Shown: piece after piece, positions 54,465 through 63,603 of the stretch
Layout of the letters: each line of letters starts with the position of its first letter
Position numbering within the stretch: position 1 is the first letter of the stretch
IMG/VR virus record: IMGVR_UViG_3300023196_002944
Location: 1 to 64,000 of that record
Length of the DNA stretch: 64,000 bases
Direction: 5' to 3' (one strand)
Source of the DNA: a virus
Program-made: the position numbers and the translations under genes
Notes under the pieces: model-generated
What the model was told of the DNA's origin: nothing
Databases searched by the model: none
The model's input: the letters and a program-made list of their open reading frames with translations, nothing else

Positions 54465-56683
54465 CAGGCAACAACCTCTTCTGCTGTGGGTTCAATGGGC
54501 TCTGCATTGTCTTCCATGGCTTCATCGATTAGAGATTGAAGGCGCTTAAATTTATCGAGAGTGAGATAGAATTCAATAGCATGAATAGACGTGATAACAG
54601 AATCACAGGTGTAAGGTAAGTTTTCTGGCTTACAAGGTTCAGTTCGATTTTCTTTACATGCTTTGAGGTATGAATAGACGATGTACTTATGTAGGGACTG
54701 GGTGATTTCAAGGGCGGGACAATTACATGAATCAAGAATATCAGCACCCATTAAAGAATTCGACAAGAATGAAGAGAAGTAAGTGTCGAGGGGAGTAATT
54801 GCCAGAGGTTGCGTACGATAGATGTCTTCGCTCACGTTGAAGTAGTGAGCAGAATCAGTTTTGATGCATTTTACATCTTCTCCGTTAAATAGAAGGTCTG
54901 CGCAGAAGTGAAGGAGTGGTTCTGGGCGATCTGTGAATTCGGCTTCTTCTATAAAATCCATATCGCAGACAGCGAGTTTGCCGCCATCAACAGGGCCGAT
55001 GATCATATCTTCATTTATAATATCACTGGTAAGCATGAATGTGACATCACCAGAATCATTAAGAACAGGAAAGGCTTCATCATTCGGGATGTATTCACCG
55101 GAGATATCTTCAAGGAGATCATCTGCTCTCATGTAGTCGTCGTTATATTCACAGTACAGAAACCCGTTGTTTATGGCGGCTTCGTAGTTAACAAAGAATT
55201 GGTCTTGGCATTCTGATTTGACAAGGTCTTCATTGTTAATTTCGACCCAAGAAGTCCAGCCGTGTAAGTTGTGGGCCTCTACGAAGTAATTATCTATACA
55301 TGACTGACATACATCTGTTCCGGTATGAATCGTAGTAAACTCGATATCACGGCGTTCTTCACACCATTCACAATACCGCCCTTGGTCAAAATGTGCATAG
55401 CCTTGTGTGGCGTCTGCATCAATTGTTTGCATATCTTCCATACTATCGTTAGAAGGTATAAACCATTCACCATCTGAGTCTTCTACTATGCCAAAAGCGT
55501 AGCAGAAGCCGTCAATATAAGGGAATACATAGGAGCCGCTACAGTAGTCGCCGTTATCAATGGCAGCAAGGCGACAACCATTTAAAGCTCTTTCGTTGTA
55601 TCTGTAACCTAAGTCTTTTAGTAAACGACTGAGTACGCCTTCATCGCCATAAACGCGGCCAAATACTTTATCATTTTTGTTAACTACAGCGCGTGCTGAA
55701 TATCCCCTACTTCCGTTTTGGCGGCGTAAAGCAACAACGGTAGTATCAGGTGAGAAGTAGACGCGAGAGGGGTGGCAAACAGTTTCGAAGGTATGTGATC
55801 CATCCATGCAAGAACTGGGGCCGTCTTGGTAGATTTCTTCTGCGTCATCAGAACTTTCTGCGAAGAAAAGACGTTGCATTGCTATGTCGGCTGTGAATGA
55901 AGCAACGGCGTCTTTGATTTGCTCATTATCCATAAATGGGAATTCACGTGAAAGATACCGTCCCGGTCGTATGCTCAGTTGGCGATCTCCAATAAGATAT
56001 TGGAGGTTGGGAGTATAGGCGATATTCTCCGGTTTGTTGCGTGCACGATGAACGAAGTGAGACGGCATTGTAGGAAAACAGGAAGGTGGCACCATGTCGA
56101 TTAAACCAAGTGCTGACCGAAGATTTTCTCGGTGCATGGGCCAGTGATTACTCATCTGGTTTTTTCCGATTATTCTACGGATGTAATAACCGATGTTGTG
56201 TGGGCGAGTAAAGGTGTCACTGGGGAAAAAGGCTGCAACGTATGGCAAAATGCTTCCTGTATTATTTAATACTGGAATAATTGATTTTAACATGTCAGGA
56301 GCCGTTTCCATGTTTGTTTCTTTCATAACTTTGATAGCACATTGTTCAAATTGATCCATCATGGAATTTATATCTGAAGCAAGAGGGGATTCAAGTGCAC
56401 TTAGAAGGGCGTACAGAGTATTTTCCCATGTGTGTTGATGAGCAAGAGCTACTAAAAGAGCGTGGTGATAGTTTCGATTGCGATCTGATTGGTCGCGGGG
56501 AGGCTCTCCATTGAATGAATCTAGTTCAATGACAGAAGAATCGTAGTCGGGAAGATAAGGAACGAGACCGGATCGGATTATCGAATGTTCTTTGGGTATG
56601 AATCTGAGTGTTAGGTGCGAGAAAACTGGGCCGAGGAAGCCAACTGTCCAGAGAAGAAAGCGATGTTTACTATTGATTTTCAT
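54464..56683 (-). CDS. Large hypothetical protein with zinc-ribbon motifs (739 aa)
   Basis: PGRYL, GPSSCM, ARAVV, RVYG, PYID motifs, then CEWC...CQSC and an acidic region; TGATG-coupled to the peptidase. Confidence 0.75.
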   Translation of the reverse strand: MKINSKHRFLLWTVGFLGPVFSHLTLRFIPKEHSIIRSGLVPYLPDYDSSVIELDSFNGEPPRDQSDRNRNYHHALLVALAHQHTWENTLYALLSALESPLASDINSMMDQFEQCAIKVMKETNMETAPDMLKSIIPVLNNTGSILPYVAAFFPSDTFTRPHNIGYYIRRIIGKNQMSNHWPMHRENLRSALGLIDMVPPSCFPTMPSHFVHRARNKPENIAYTPNLQYLIGDRQLSIRPGRYLSREFPFMDNEQIKDAVASFTADIAMQRLFFAESSDDAEEIYQDGPSSCMDGSHTFETVCHPSRVYFSPDTTVVALRRQNGSRGYSARAVVNKNDKVFGRVYGDEGVLSRLLKDLGYRYNERALNGCRLAAIDNGDYCSGSYVFPYIDGFCYAFGIVEDSDGEWFIPSNDSMEDMQTIDADATQGYAHFDQGRYCEWCEERRDIEFTTIHTGTDVCQSCIDNYFVEAHNLHGWTSWVEINNEDLVKSECQDQFFVNYEAAINNGFLYCEYNDDYMRADDLLEDISGEYIPNDEAFPVLNDSGDVTFMLTSDIINEDMIIGPVDGGKLAVCDMDFIEEAEFTDRPEPLLHFCADLLFNGEDVKCIKTDSAHYFNVSEDIYRTQPLAITPLDTYFSSFLSNSLMGADILDSCNCPALEITQSLHKYIVYSYLKACKENRTEPCKPENLPYTCDSVITSIHAIEFYLTLDKFKRLQSLIDEAMEDNAEPIEPTAEEVVA

Positions 56684-56685
56684 GT

Positions 56686-56844
56686 TTAGTGTTCTCGTTT
56701 GATGGGTATATCTTTGTCATCAATGTTTTTGCTGATAGTATCTGCAATGTCGTGCAGTTTGTCTGCCAAGTCCTCCTTATCATCAGCATGTACAGTAATA
56801 TCCAGTTTTAGTCGTCGTCGTTTTTGCTTTTTCTCGTCAGTCAT
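56686..56844 (-). CDS. Small protein, 52 aa (not in ORF track)
   Basis: MTDEKKQKRRRLKLDITVHADDKEDLADKLHDIADTISKNIDDKDIPIKREH fills the gap between neighbours. Confidence 0.6.
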   Translation of the reverse strand: MTDEKKQKRRRLKLDITVHADDKEDLADKLHDIADTISKNIDDKDIPIKREH

Positions 56845-57682
56845 GTGTGTGTCTTCCGGCAAGCCCGTAGGGTGTGGTTATACCTGCTGCTTTCAGGCAC
56901 GTGGTTGTGGGTTCGTGGAAATGTGGGCATTTCCATTGGCTGTAAATATTACGACAAGTAAGTGGGAACGAAACATTTTTGTAGATGTTGTTGGTGTGAC
57001 GATAGTGGTGGCCGAGACTGAGAAATTCGGGGGTCGCATCGGCTGCTAGATAGGCATTAGATGCGTAAGCACGAGCAGTTGCGTAACGATTTTCCCAGTC
57101 TGGATCATTGCGTTTGTTTTGGAACCAGCGAATGAAATCGCATCGCATTAATTCGTCTTGATGTATGGTCATAGGTTCAAATGGTGCTACAGGGATGACT
57201 GAAGCTGAAGGGGATGGAAGTGATTTCATAAACTCACGTATCCAGTAAGGTTCTGAATACACAACTGGTTGGGCGTAAAGCATTACAATATGCGGGATGT
57301 CGATGCGAGGGTAGACATTTAGCCCGCGCCGATGTCCTTCTTCCCATTTGAAGTAGTAGTGACGCCCGCCACTGGGGGTTTTTGTGTACTTGAACCAGAG
57401 CCACGGGATGCGGGAGATTGGCCTGAAGTCTTTGTTGACGGGAGTGTCAAAGTCGATGACGGTGATGCCGCTGGCTTTGCCGGTGAGGACGCAGTAGTGG
57501 CCTGTGTCGAATTTGGTGATGCTGCTCCAGAGTTCTTCTGGACTTGGTGGCTCCTGCTGATAGTGTTTCCAGCGGATTGCTGGCCTTTTTTCTTGTCTGA
57601 TCGCTGGGAGAATGATCCATTTTTCCCTGAAGATTTTACGCCGGATGTACTCGCCATCGATGGGTGTGAGGTGGTCTGCCAT
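56837..57682 (-). CDS. Bifunctional Prim-Pol domain protein with 4-Cys C-terminal domain
   Basis: KRP..W..YQ, LTG..SGITVIDFD, KTPSGGRHYYF (Prim-Pol motifs); C...PLTCRNI....C........C; GGAGAG RBS. Confidence 0.85.
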   Translation of the reverse strand: MADHLTPIDGEYIRRKIFREKWIILPAIRQEKRPAIRWKHYQQEPPSPEELWSSITKFDTGHYCVLTGKASGITVIDFDTPVNKDFRPISRIPWLWFKYTKTPSGGRHYYFKWEEGHRRGLNVYPRIDIPHIVMLYAQPVVYSEPYWIREFMKSLPSPSASVIPVAPFEPMTIHQDELMRCDFIRWFQNKRNDPDWENRYATARAYASNAYLAADATPEFLSLGHHYRHTNNIYKNVSFPLTCRNIYSQWKCPHFHEPTTTCLKAAGITTPYGLAGRHTHD

Positions 57683-58254
57683 GATTTTCTCTCCGGCAAG
57701 GCTTCAGCTACGACCAAGGAGTCGAAGGGATTAGTTGCTGCGGGTTTGCTTGTGATAACCAATTCATCATCCTCTGCTGAGAGGAATCCCAGCGGTTCGT
57801 TGGTTTTGGTGTCGAAGAGGGCACCGCAGTCGATGCAGATGGACACATCTTTTAGGAACTCGGGTGGGTTGGGGGGAATCATGAGATTGTGGGGACAAGG
57901 AGGTGTCTCTGGTTCTACTGCAGGTTCGAAGACAATTTCCACCTCTTCCTCATCGTTGTCATCATCAACGAGTGCGATAGGAGGGGGAAAATCGATAGAC
58001 TCTCCTGCGAGTCCGAAAAGAGCAGCACCGTCGACGTAATGGTCAATGTTGGTTTTCTCCCCTCGGGAACGTGCCATTTTTACGCAGACCATGAACATCC
58101 AGCCTTCTTCTTCAGTGAGTTTGTGTTCACTGTAAGCATTGAAGATGGCAACAGTGCGTTTCATGCTGCGTTCAGCGTGGATGTCGCGCTCGGCAGCGCG
58201 GTCTTCAATTTGATCGCCTGCAATTTCGAGGATGGTAAAGGCTGATGTCTTCAT
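57319..58254 (-). CDS. DUF6378-like (putative dNTP pyrophosphatase-like) protein with long extension
   Basis: R...RD...ERSM..TV..FNA....LTE.EGW.FM..VK.AR...DHYVD.A...GL.GE N-terminal domain. Confidence 0.65.
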   Translation of the reverse strand: MKTSAFTILEIAGDQIEDRAAERDIHAERSMKRTVAIFNAYSEHKLTEEEGWMFMVCVKMARSRGEKTNIDHYVDGAALFGLAGESIDFPPPIALVDDDNDEEEVEIVFEPAVEPETPPCPHNLMIPPNPPEFLKDVSICIDCGALFDTKTNEPLGFLSAEDDELVITSKPAATNPFDSLVVAEALPERKSWQTTSHPSMASTSGVKSSGKNGSFSQRSDKKKGQQSAGNTISRSHQVQKNSGAASPNSTQATTASSPAKPAASPSSTLTLPSTKTSGQSPASRGSGSSTQKPPVAGVTTTSNGKKDIGAG

Positions 58255-58265
58255 GTTTGCTCCGT

Positions 58266-58529
58266 TTATGGTTTATGCTTCTGCAAGGCTTCTTCGATCT
58301 TTTCGTGAAATTCCGGGGTATCAAAATTTTCGGTGATTATACGGCAGGTGCTAAGTAATCCCATTAAAGACTTGAGTTCATATTCACCAAAATCGCAGAC
58401 TTCTTGTTCATTTAACATGTCAAGACATTGTTCAAGATCAGGAGCGGTATTTTCGATGGCGCAGTAGCTCATGTTAGCCATCATCTTTCTCCTTGAAGTC
58501 GCAGTGGCCAGAAGGATTATCGCTCCCAC
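58266..58529 (-). CDS. Hypothetical protein (start probably ~58480)
   Basis: MANMSYCAIENT..DL.QC motif common in phage early genes; AAGGAG RBS. Confidence 0.55.
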   Translation of the reverse strand: MGAIILLATATSRRKMMANMSYCAIENTAPDLEQCLDMLNEQEVCDFGEYELKSLMGLLSTCRIITENFDTPEFHEKIEEALQKHKP

Positions 58530-58818
58530 AATGTAGACAGCAATACTTGCTGTGAACGAGACGGTTACCTACGCAGCGTTTTGGGTCGATGTAGGTGTGA
58601 CAGAGAGCAAGTCTGTCTTTTTGATCTTGAGTAAGAACAATTTTTTCAGGTTCGATTTCAATTTCGGTGTGATGGAAATCGTAGATGTTGGTCCATTCAA
58701 GGCCACAGTCACGGCATATGACTTCGATATATTTTTCATCACTTCTGACACGATTGATTGAATTAGATCGGCAACTGGGGCATAGGTTGGGCGGAGAGTC
58801 GAGGCATATGGTAGTCAT
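58474..58818 (-). CDS. Cys-rich zinc-binding protein
   Basis: CPSC, CRDC, CCLHC motifs. Confidence 0.6.
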   Translation of the reverse strand: MTTICLDSPPNLCPSCRSNSINRVRSDEKYIEVICRDCGLEWTNIYDFHHTEIEIEPEKIVLTQDQKDRLALCHTYIDPKRCVGNRLVHSKYCCLHCGSDNPSGHCDFKEKDDG

Positions 58819-59123
58819 GCGGCTTTTCTCATTGCCATCAGTTCGTGTAGACCAGTGTTGGTAGCACGGTCGGCATAGTAGACATCAAGGCCAAGACCAT
58901 TGGCAACTTTGGCGATAGTTTTGAAGTGTGGAAACATGACGCGGCAGTCGATCCAGTTGTAGAGAGTCTGGACGCTGACTTCTGCGTCCAGTGCAAGTTT
59001 GGAAAGAGCGAGACCTTCGTTTCGGTTCATGTAGATGATGTATTCAACGAGTTCATCGAAGGCTTTGTAGTGGGCTTCTTGGGACATGGCTTTGTGCCAC
59101 ATTTTTAAGCTCATTTTCTTCAT
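58815..59123 (-). CDS. XRE/Cro-like HTH regulator
   Basis: LSKLALDAEVSVQTLYNW....P...TI.KVA.GLG. Confidence 0.75.
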   Translation of the reverse strand: MKKMSLKMWHKAMSQEAHYKAFDELVEYIIYMNRNEGLALSKLALDAEVSVQTLYNWIDCRVMFPHFKTIAKVANGLGLDVYYADRATNTGLHELMAMRKAA

Positions 59124-59128
59124 CGGTT

Positions 59129-59539
59129 TTATTCTCCAGTCTCTGGGGGCGTGTGCAAATCGGCATACCTGTGGATGTGTTTCAGGTCTGTGAGTACGGT
59201 ATCCAGACGTTGAGCGAGTTCATCGATTTCGGGGTGACTGCGGTCGACGTAACGAAGTAATTCGATATGAGTAAAGCCGTGAAGGTTGATATTAGACATG
59301 GGTTCTAACATGTCGAGTTCAGAATCCACGAACTGGTAGATGATTTCAGATTCGTCTGGCGAGGTGACGAGGCAAACTTGGTAGGCAGTGTTGAAAGGGT
59401 TGGGGTGTGGGTATTCCAAGAACATGAGCGGTGTGCGGTCGCGTTGCATACCTAGCATGTGGTCGGTAGTTCCAAAGGCGAAGTCGTGCACACCTCGGGT
59501 GATGACAATTTTGTCACCGCGTTGAAATTTGTTTGGCAT
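59129..59539 (-). CDS. Hypothetical protein
   Basis: GGAG RBS before ATG 59539; KFQRGDKIVI SH3-like start. Confidence 0.55.
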   Translation of the reverse strand: MPNKFQRGDKIVITRGVHDFAFGTTDHMLGMQRDRTPLMFLEYPHPNPFNTAYQVCLVTSPDESEIIYQFVDSELDMLEPMSNINLHGFTHIELLRYVDRSHPEIDELAQRLDTVLTDLKHIHRYADLHTPPETGE

Positions 59540-59801
59540 GCTGTTTTGCTCCAACTTTTATGAGGAAGGGTTTGTGGGCTTGCGATACGATCAATTGGTA
59601 ATGCCCTTTGGGTAAGTCGTCAGGCATGACGTTGAATATGGCTTCCCACATGATGTAGCGTGCTTCTGCGTGCCCATAGCCTCGGTTTGAAGCTTTAGAT
59701 AACAAGTCGTAGAGACGTAGAATGTCGATTATGTGTTCCTTGGGGATCATATAGTGGGTTTCGGTTTTGGGTTCGAAAAAGGCTTTTATTGCTTTCCACA
59801 T
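59514..59801 (-). CDS. Hypothetical protein
   Basis: AAGGAG RBS before ATG 59801. Confidence 0.55.
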   Translation of the reverse strand: MWKAIKAFFEPKTETHYMIPKEHIIDILRLYDLLSKASNRGYGHAEARYIMWEAIFNVMPDDLPKGHYQLIVSQAHKPFLIKVGAKQHAKQISTR

Positions 59802-59811
59802 AGGGGCTCCT

Positions 59812-60333
59812 TTAAGGCTGCGCTTGCATCCACTCAATGGCTTCTTCAAAATAGTTGGAACCAATAGAACGTCGTATTATTTTGTCGACGTAGAGAGTTT
59901 CAGTCATGTCGCAGGTTACAGAAGTGAGTATTTCTGTGCCTTCTGGGATGATACAAAGTGCCAGTCCTACATCATGACCCCAGAAGCAATACTCTTTTGC
60001 TTTGGCTAAACTTAAGAAGCCAAAAAATCCGAAAGTTGAATCAAATGGAGATGAGTATTCAAAGCCGGGGGCGTAGTGCACATCTTCTCCCGTAGGGTGG
60101 TTTACTATTTTGCCCATCATGCGCTGATTCCTTTTGGCATTGCACCATTTGAGGATGGAGTCAATAACAGCGAATCTGCCTGACAGGAAGAAGGAGTCGA
60201 GGTCATTTGAAAAGGTGAACCCTCCGCGTTGCGAGGGAGAGTAGTAAGACCAGTATTTAGACCTTCTTCCTTTGGTTCTTCGAATTTCAACCCATTTGTA
60301 GAAGGGGGTGGGGCAGTTAGTTATGCGCGGCAT
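59812..60333 (-). CDS. Hypothetical protein
   Basis: Part of track ORF 59812..60384; ATG 60333 overlaps the primase-helicase end. Confidence 0.55.
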   Translation of the reverse strand: MPRITNCPTPFYKWVEIRRTKGRRSKYWSYYSPSQRGGFTFSNDLDSFFLSGRFAVIDSILKWCNAKRNQRMMGKIVNHPTGEDVHYAPGFEYSSPFDSTFGFFGFLSLAKAKEYCFWGHDVGLALCIIPEGTEILTSVTCDMTETLYVDKIIRRSIGSNYFEEAIEWMQAQP

Positions 60334-62623
60334 ACTCGTCTTCAGCATTAAGCTCATGGGTGGTGTCCTCTGTCTTCCAGTCAATTATCATTCCGCGATG
60401 GGTTTCGTCATCGACACGCAAGACTCTTATTTTTACGAAGTGGTGTTTCAGCATGCGTGAGAAGTTGGACGGTGAGAGGTCTTTGCCTCCCTGAATGTAG
60501 TGATAGACCTTGTAGAGTTCGTCGCGTTTTACTTTGGATGGCCGTGAATCGGCGGCATCAGCTATCCACTGATCGATGATCTTCTTGCTCTGTTCAAACT
60601 CAAGCATCTTGTTGAACGGGGGTTCTGCCATGCCAAGGTCAGTGAAGTAATCCAAATCGCATGCGTGCAGGGCATTGAAGAAATGATCGACTGAGTTCTG
60701 GGCAGCGAGGCGCATGTCCACCTTGGCTGAGTTGTCTGTGGCCATCATGACGCGCTGTTCATCGATCTCCAGATGCATGATGAAGCCCATGAAGTGGGCT
60801 AGCTCATGTTCGATCTGTTGAATCTCTTTTGTGGTAATGAGTAACCGGGCTTCTTGGCGTGCCGCAACGTGATGCCGGCGGTCAGATTCGGGGATAGCGA
60901 TGGCGTCGTGGTCGTTAGATGCGAAGATGATGCCGAAGTAAACAGGGACTTGGTATGGGTTGGTGCGCATGGGCCGAATTCGCCCCGTTGGCTCCGTGAT
61001 CATGTTTCTTATCTGATTAATAGTTTTTCGGTCGGAAATTCCGTCCAACTTAACTTCATCCACAAAGAGCAAGAGACAATACTCCATCCATTCATTAAAG
61101 GAATCTTTGAAATCTTGAACTGTGATAATACGGCAGTAGTCAGGGCCGAGGGTCGGAGCAATGATATTGTGGAATAGTAAACCCTTGCCTGTTCCTTCCA
61201 CTCCATGCAAAACAATGGCGGTGCCGGGCTTGGTTCGCCTTTGATATATCCACGCAAGCCAGTGCAATAGGGTTGTATAAGATTCCTCGTCAGCGGTGAC
61301 ATGGTGCATGATCCTTTCTATGGTAGCGGGCAGGTGATCTTGTTTCGGGGGCACGTTGCGCATGTACACAGTCGGGACGTAACGGTTGGCACGCTGTTTC
61401 TTCATGTCGAGTAGCTTGGAGTCGTGCGGATCGAAGCAATACTCCCAATCAGGTATGGGATCGGGTAGCTGGCTCCCGTGTTGCACCATGAAGTCGTTTA
61501 AACGGTCTCTGGCCCCGGTTCTGGCAAGCAGGAGACTGGGCACGTCGGGGTCATAGATGCCGTTCCAGTAGCTGTCTGATTTGAAATCACGAAACACGAT
61601 GGGCATGCGGCCGGTGGGTTCTTGGTGTCGTTGTATCTGTTCCCAGTAATCCGGCAGGAAGGTCTCGGTCAGGTAGATGGGCTCTCCCTTGAAGTTCAAA
61701 ATAAATCGCGGGTTCTCTTTCGGGTGCCAGTAACCGTAGCTGTCACCACCGTTGATATTGAGGTACACAAATCCGCGCTCTGAGCGTATGGGTCCGGTGA
61801 TGTGCGCACGAGACGGGTTGGTCATGACCCGGTGCCCCATCATTGATTTGAAACGGCAGGTTTTGGGTTTCAGACCGGCCCGCTTGCGCACCTTGTTGAC
61901 CGTCGCCTGCACGCGTTCCTCGGTTTCACTCATGGAGCGCGGATCAATATCGATCGATGCGCGTCTCTGGCCCTGATTCACCTGCACAATCCGATCCGCA
62001 ATGTCGATGTTGGGGTCGATGCCCACGATCACCGGCGGTGCGATGTAGAGCAGCTTGTCGTTCTGGCAGGTGGTGGTGTCGACGGGGTATTTGAGCGTGG
62101 TGCCATTCACCGAGAGGGCCAGTTGCGATTCCAGCCCTTCGTCGAGGTTGATGCGCTGCAGCCACGATTTGAGCATCGGGGCCGGGATTGGCGCGTCGAG
62201 CAGGAAGAATACGTGGGCAGATAGGCCGCGTGAGAAGCCGTGAGAGGCGCTGTATTGGATGATGTGGTCTACGTCATGGAGTTCAGAGGGCAGGGCGCGC
62301 TTGATGAAGTCTGGTACGTCTGTGAAGCCTCTGGCCCGGTCAATGTCGATACACAGCCATTCAGTGTCGTCTTCGGTGCGTGTCGCGCCGGCCCGAGACT
62401 CATTGGCAAGGCTCCGATGGAGGGTGCCTTTGAGTAAGCAGTGGCCCATATCGGCGTGTGCCCTGATTGCCGCTTCGAAGGTGTCGAGGTCGTCAACTTC
62501 GTGATGGAAGGAGTTGAAGTCGCGGATGTGTGGGTAAGGGTTCTTGGTGACGTGGCCGTTTTCGACGGTGATGGTTTTTGTCAGCGGGGTTTTGTCCGCT
62601 GCCTGAAGAAAAAAGAGCTTCAT
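60317..62623 (-). CDS. AEP-type primase(-polymerase)/SF3 helicase (NrS-1 polymerase-like architecture)
   Basis: N-terminal CIDID, SASHG...HVFF, PVD motifs; C-terminal Walker A GVEGTGKG, Walker B LFVDE, FASN, DRR; GGAG RBS before ATG 62623. Confidence 0.85.
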   Translation of the reverse strand: MKLFFLQAADKTPLTKTITVENGHVTKNPYPHIRDFNSFHHEVDDLDTFEAAIRAHADMGHCLLKGTLHRSLANESRAGATRTEDDTEWLCIDIDRARGFTDVPDFIKRALPSELHDVDHIIQYSASHGFSRGLSAHVFFLLDAPIPAPMLKSWLQRINLDEGLESQLALSVNGTTLKYPVDTTTCQNDKLLYIAPPVIVGIDPNIDIADRIVQVNQGQRRASIDIDPRSMSETEERVQATVNKVRKRAGLKPKTCRFKSMMGHRVMTNPSRAHITGPIRSERGFVYLNINGGDSYGYWHPKENPRFILNFKGEPIYLTETFLPDYWEQIQRHQEPTGRMPIVFRDFKSDSYWNGIYDPDVPSLLLARTGARDRLNDFMVQHGSQLPDPIPDWEYCFDPHDSKLLDMKKQRANRYVPTVYMRNVPPKQDHLPATIERIMHHVTADEESYTTLLHWLAWIYQRRTKPGTAIVLHGVEGTGKGLLFHNIIAPTLGPDYCRIITVQDFKDSFNEWMEYCLLLFVDEVKLDGISDRKTINQIRNMITEPTGRIRPMRTNPYQVPVYFGIIFASNDHDAIAIPESDRRHHVAARQEARLLITTKEIQQIEHELAHFMGFIMHLEIDEQRVMMATDNSAKVDMRLAAQNSVDHFFNALHACDLDYFTDLGMAEPPFNKMLEFEQSKKIIDQWIADAADSRPSKVKRDELYKVYHYIQGGKDLSPSNFSRMLKHHFVKIRVLRVDDETHRGMIIDWKTEDTTHELNAEDEYAAHN

Positions 62624-62699
62624 GGCGCAGTCTCCAAGGGGGTGGGCAGCTAGTGTGATACCACGTGGTTCATAAGGGCACAAGTGAGCAATCACTAAC

Positions 62700-62725
62700 T
62701 TGGGTTTATTATATTCGAATATTAA
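62700..62725 (-). promoter_or_regulatory. Candidate -10 box overlapped by a 12-bp palindrome
   Basis: TATAAT on the minus strand (62708-62713) overlapping ATATTCGAATAT (62711-62722), upstream of the primase-helicase; no good -35. Confidence 0.35.
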
Positions 62726-62811
62726 GAGGTGCTTTTATAGGTGGGGCGGTTCAGCCTGCGAGGAAAAACGGTTACGGTGGTACAGTGCTTCGCTAAGTGC
62801 TTGATCGATCA

Positions 62812-63191
62812 ACAATGTTACAGGGAAACAGGGAGACTAGGCTTAAGTTACACTTATGTTACACTTTTTATTCTTATAAGTATATGAATTATATACTATG
62901 TTACACTTATATAGTTATATTGTAAGTTAATTAGTATTAACCGGGGAATACATAAAAACTGTAATGTAAGGGTCTAGTGTGTGCTACGTCCCCACCGGGG
63001 GGAAATCGCAGATTCACTACCTTTTTAACTACGTATGTGTAACTTACCTTTGGAATCAAAGGCTTAGAAGAGAAATAAGTGTAACAAAAGGGCTAAAAAA
63101 GTGTAACATGTTACACTTTTTTGTGTAACATGCTAAATGTCATCTCCGTGGAGACGGATTTCGGGCTGGTAGGTGCGCGCCAATGTTACAC
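62812..63191 (+). repeat. AT-rich iteron region, probable replication origin
   Basis: GTTACAC at 62847, 62858, 62900, 63110, 63185; GTGTAAC at 63037, 63079, 63101, 63123; perfect 28-bp palindrome 63095-63122; very AT-rich 62860-62965. Confidence 0.75.
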
Positions 63192-63603
63192 ATCTGTCGA
63201 TGGTCTTCCAACTGATCTGGTAGCGTTTGTACATTACGCTCAGAGGGATGCCGGCGTCGAAATCGGTGGCTATTCTGACGGCGCGCTTCAATCTCACCTC
63301 CCTGCGCGCGTCCCTGCACATGAGGAATACTGTGTTGCGTCCCAGTTGCACAAGCGAGGCGATTTGGTTGTAGGTGAACCGCCATTTCCAACCGATGGTG
63401 GGGGGCTCGGTTTTGATCGATAAAGCGATGACCCGTTCTTTATAGAGGGGGTTGACTTGGCCGTAATGCTCTTTGTCACCGATGCGTTTAGGTACGACTT
63501 TTGGCCCCCAGTTGGTGTCTCTAGTCAGCCGCTGCCAGCGTGGTTTCGGTGGGCTTTTGCTGAGACGCGAGGGTTTGATAGAGGTGGGCTTGTGCGCGGA
63601 CAC
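63133..63603 (-). CDS. Basic protein with two HTH-like motifs
   Basis: FTYNQIASLVQLGRNTVFLMC and IPLSVMYKRYQISWKTIDRCV; AAGGA before GTG. Confidence 0.55.
   Translation of the reverse strand: MSAHKPTSIKPSRLSKSPPKPRWQRLTRDTNWGPKVVPKRIGDKEHYGQVNPLYKERVIALSIKTEPPTIGWKWRFTYNQIASLVQLGRNTVFLMCRDARREVRLKRAVRIATDFDAGIPLSVMYKRYQISWKTIDRCVTLARTYQPEIRLHGDDI

Noticed and set aside
62648-62680. Sigma70 promoter TTGTGC-N17-TATCAC for the primase-helicase
   Set aside because: The -10 lacks the conserved final T; too weak to call without data.
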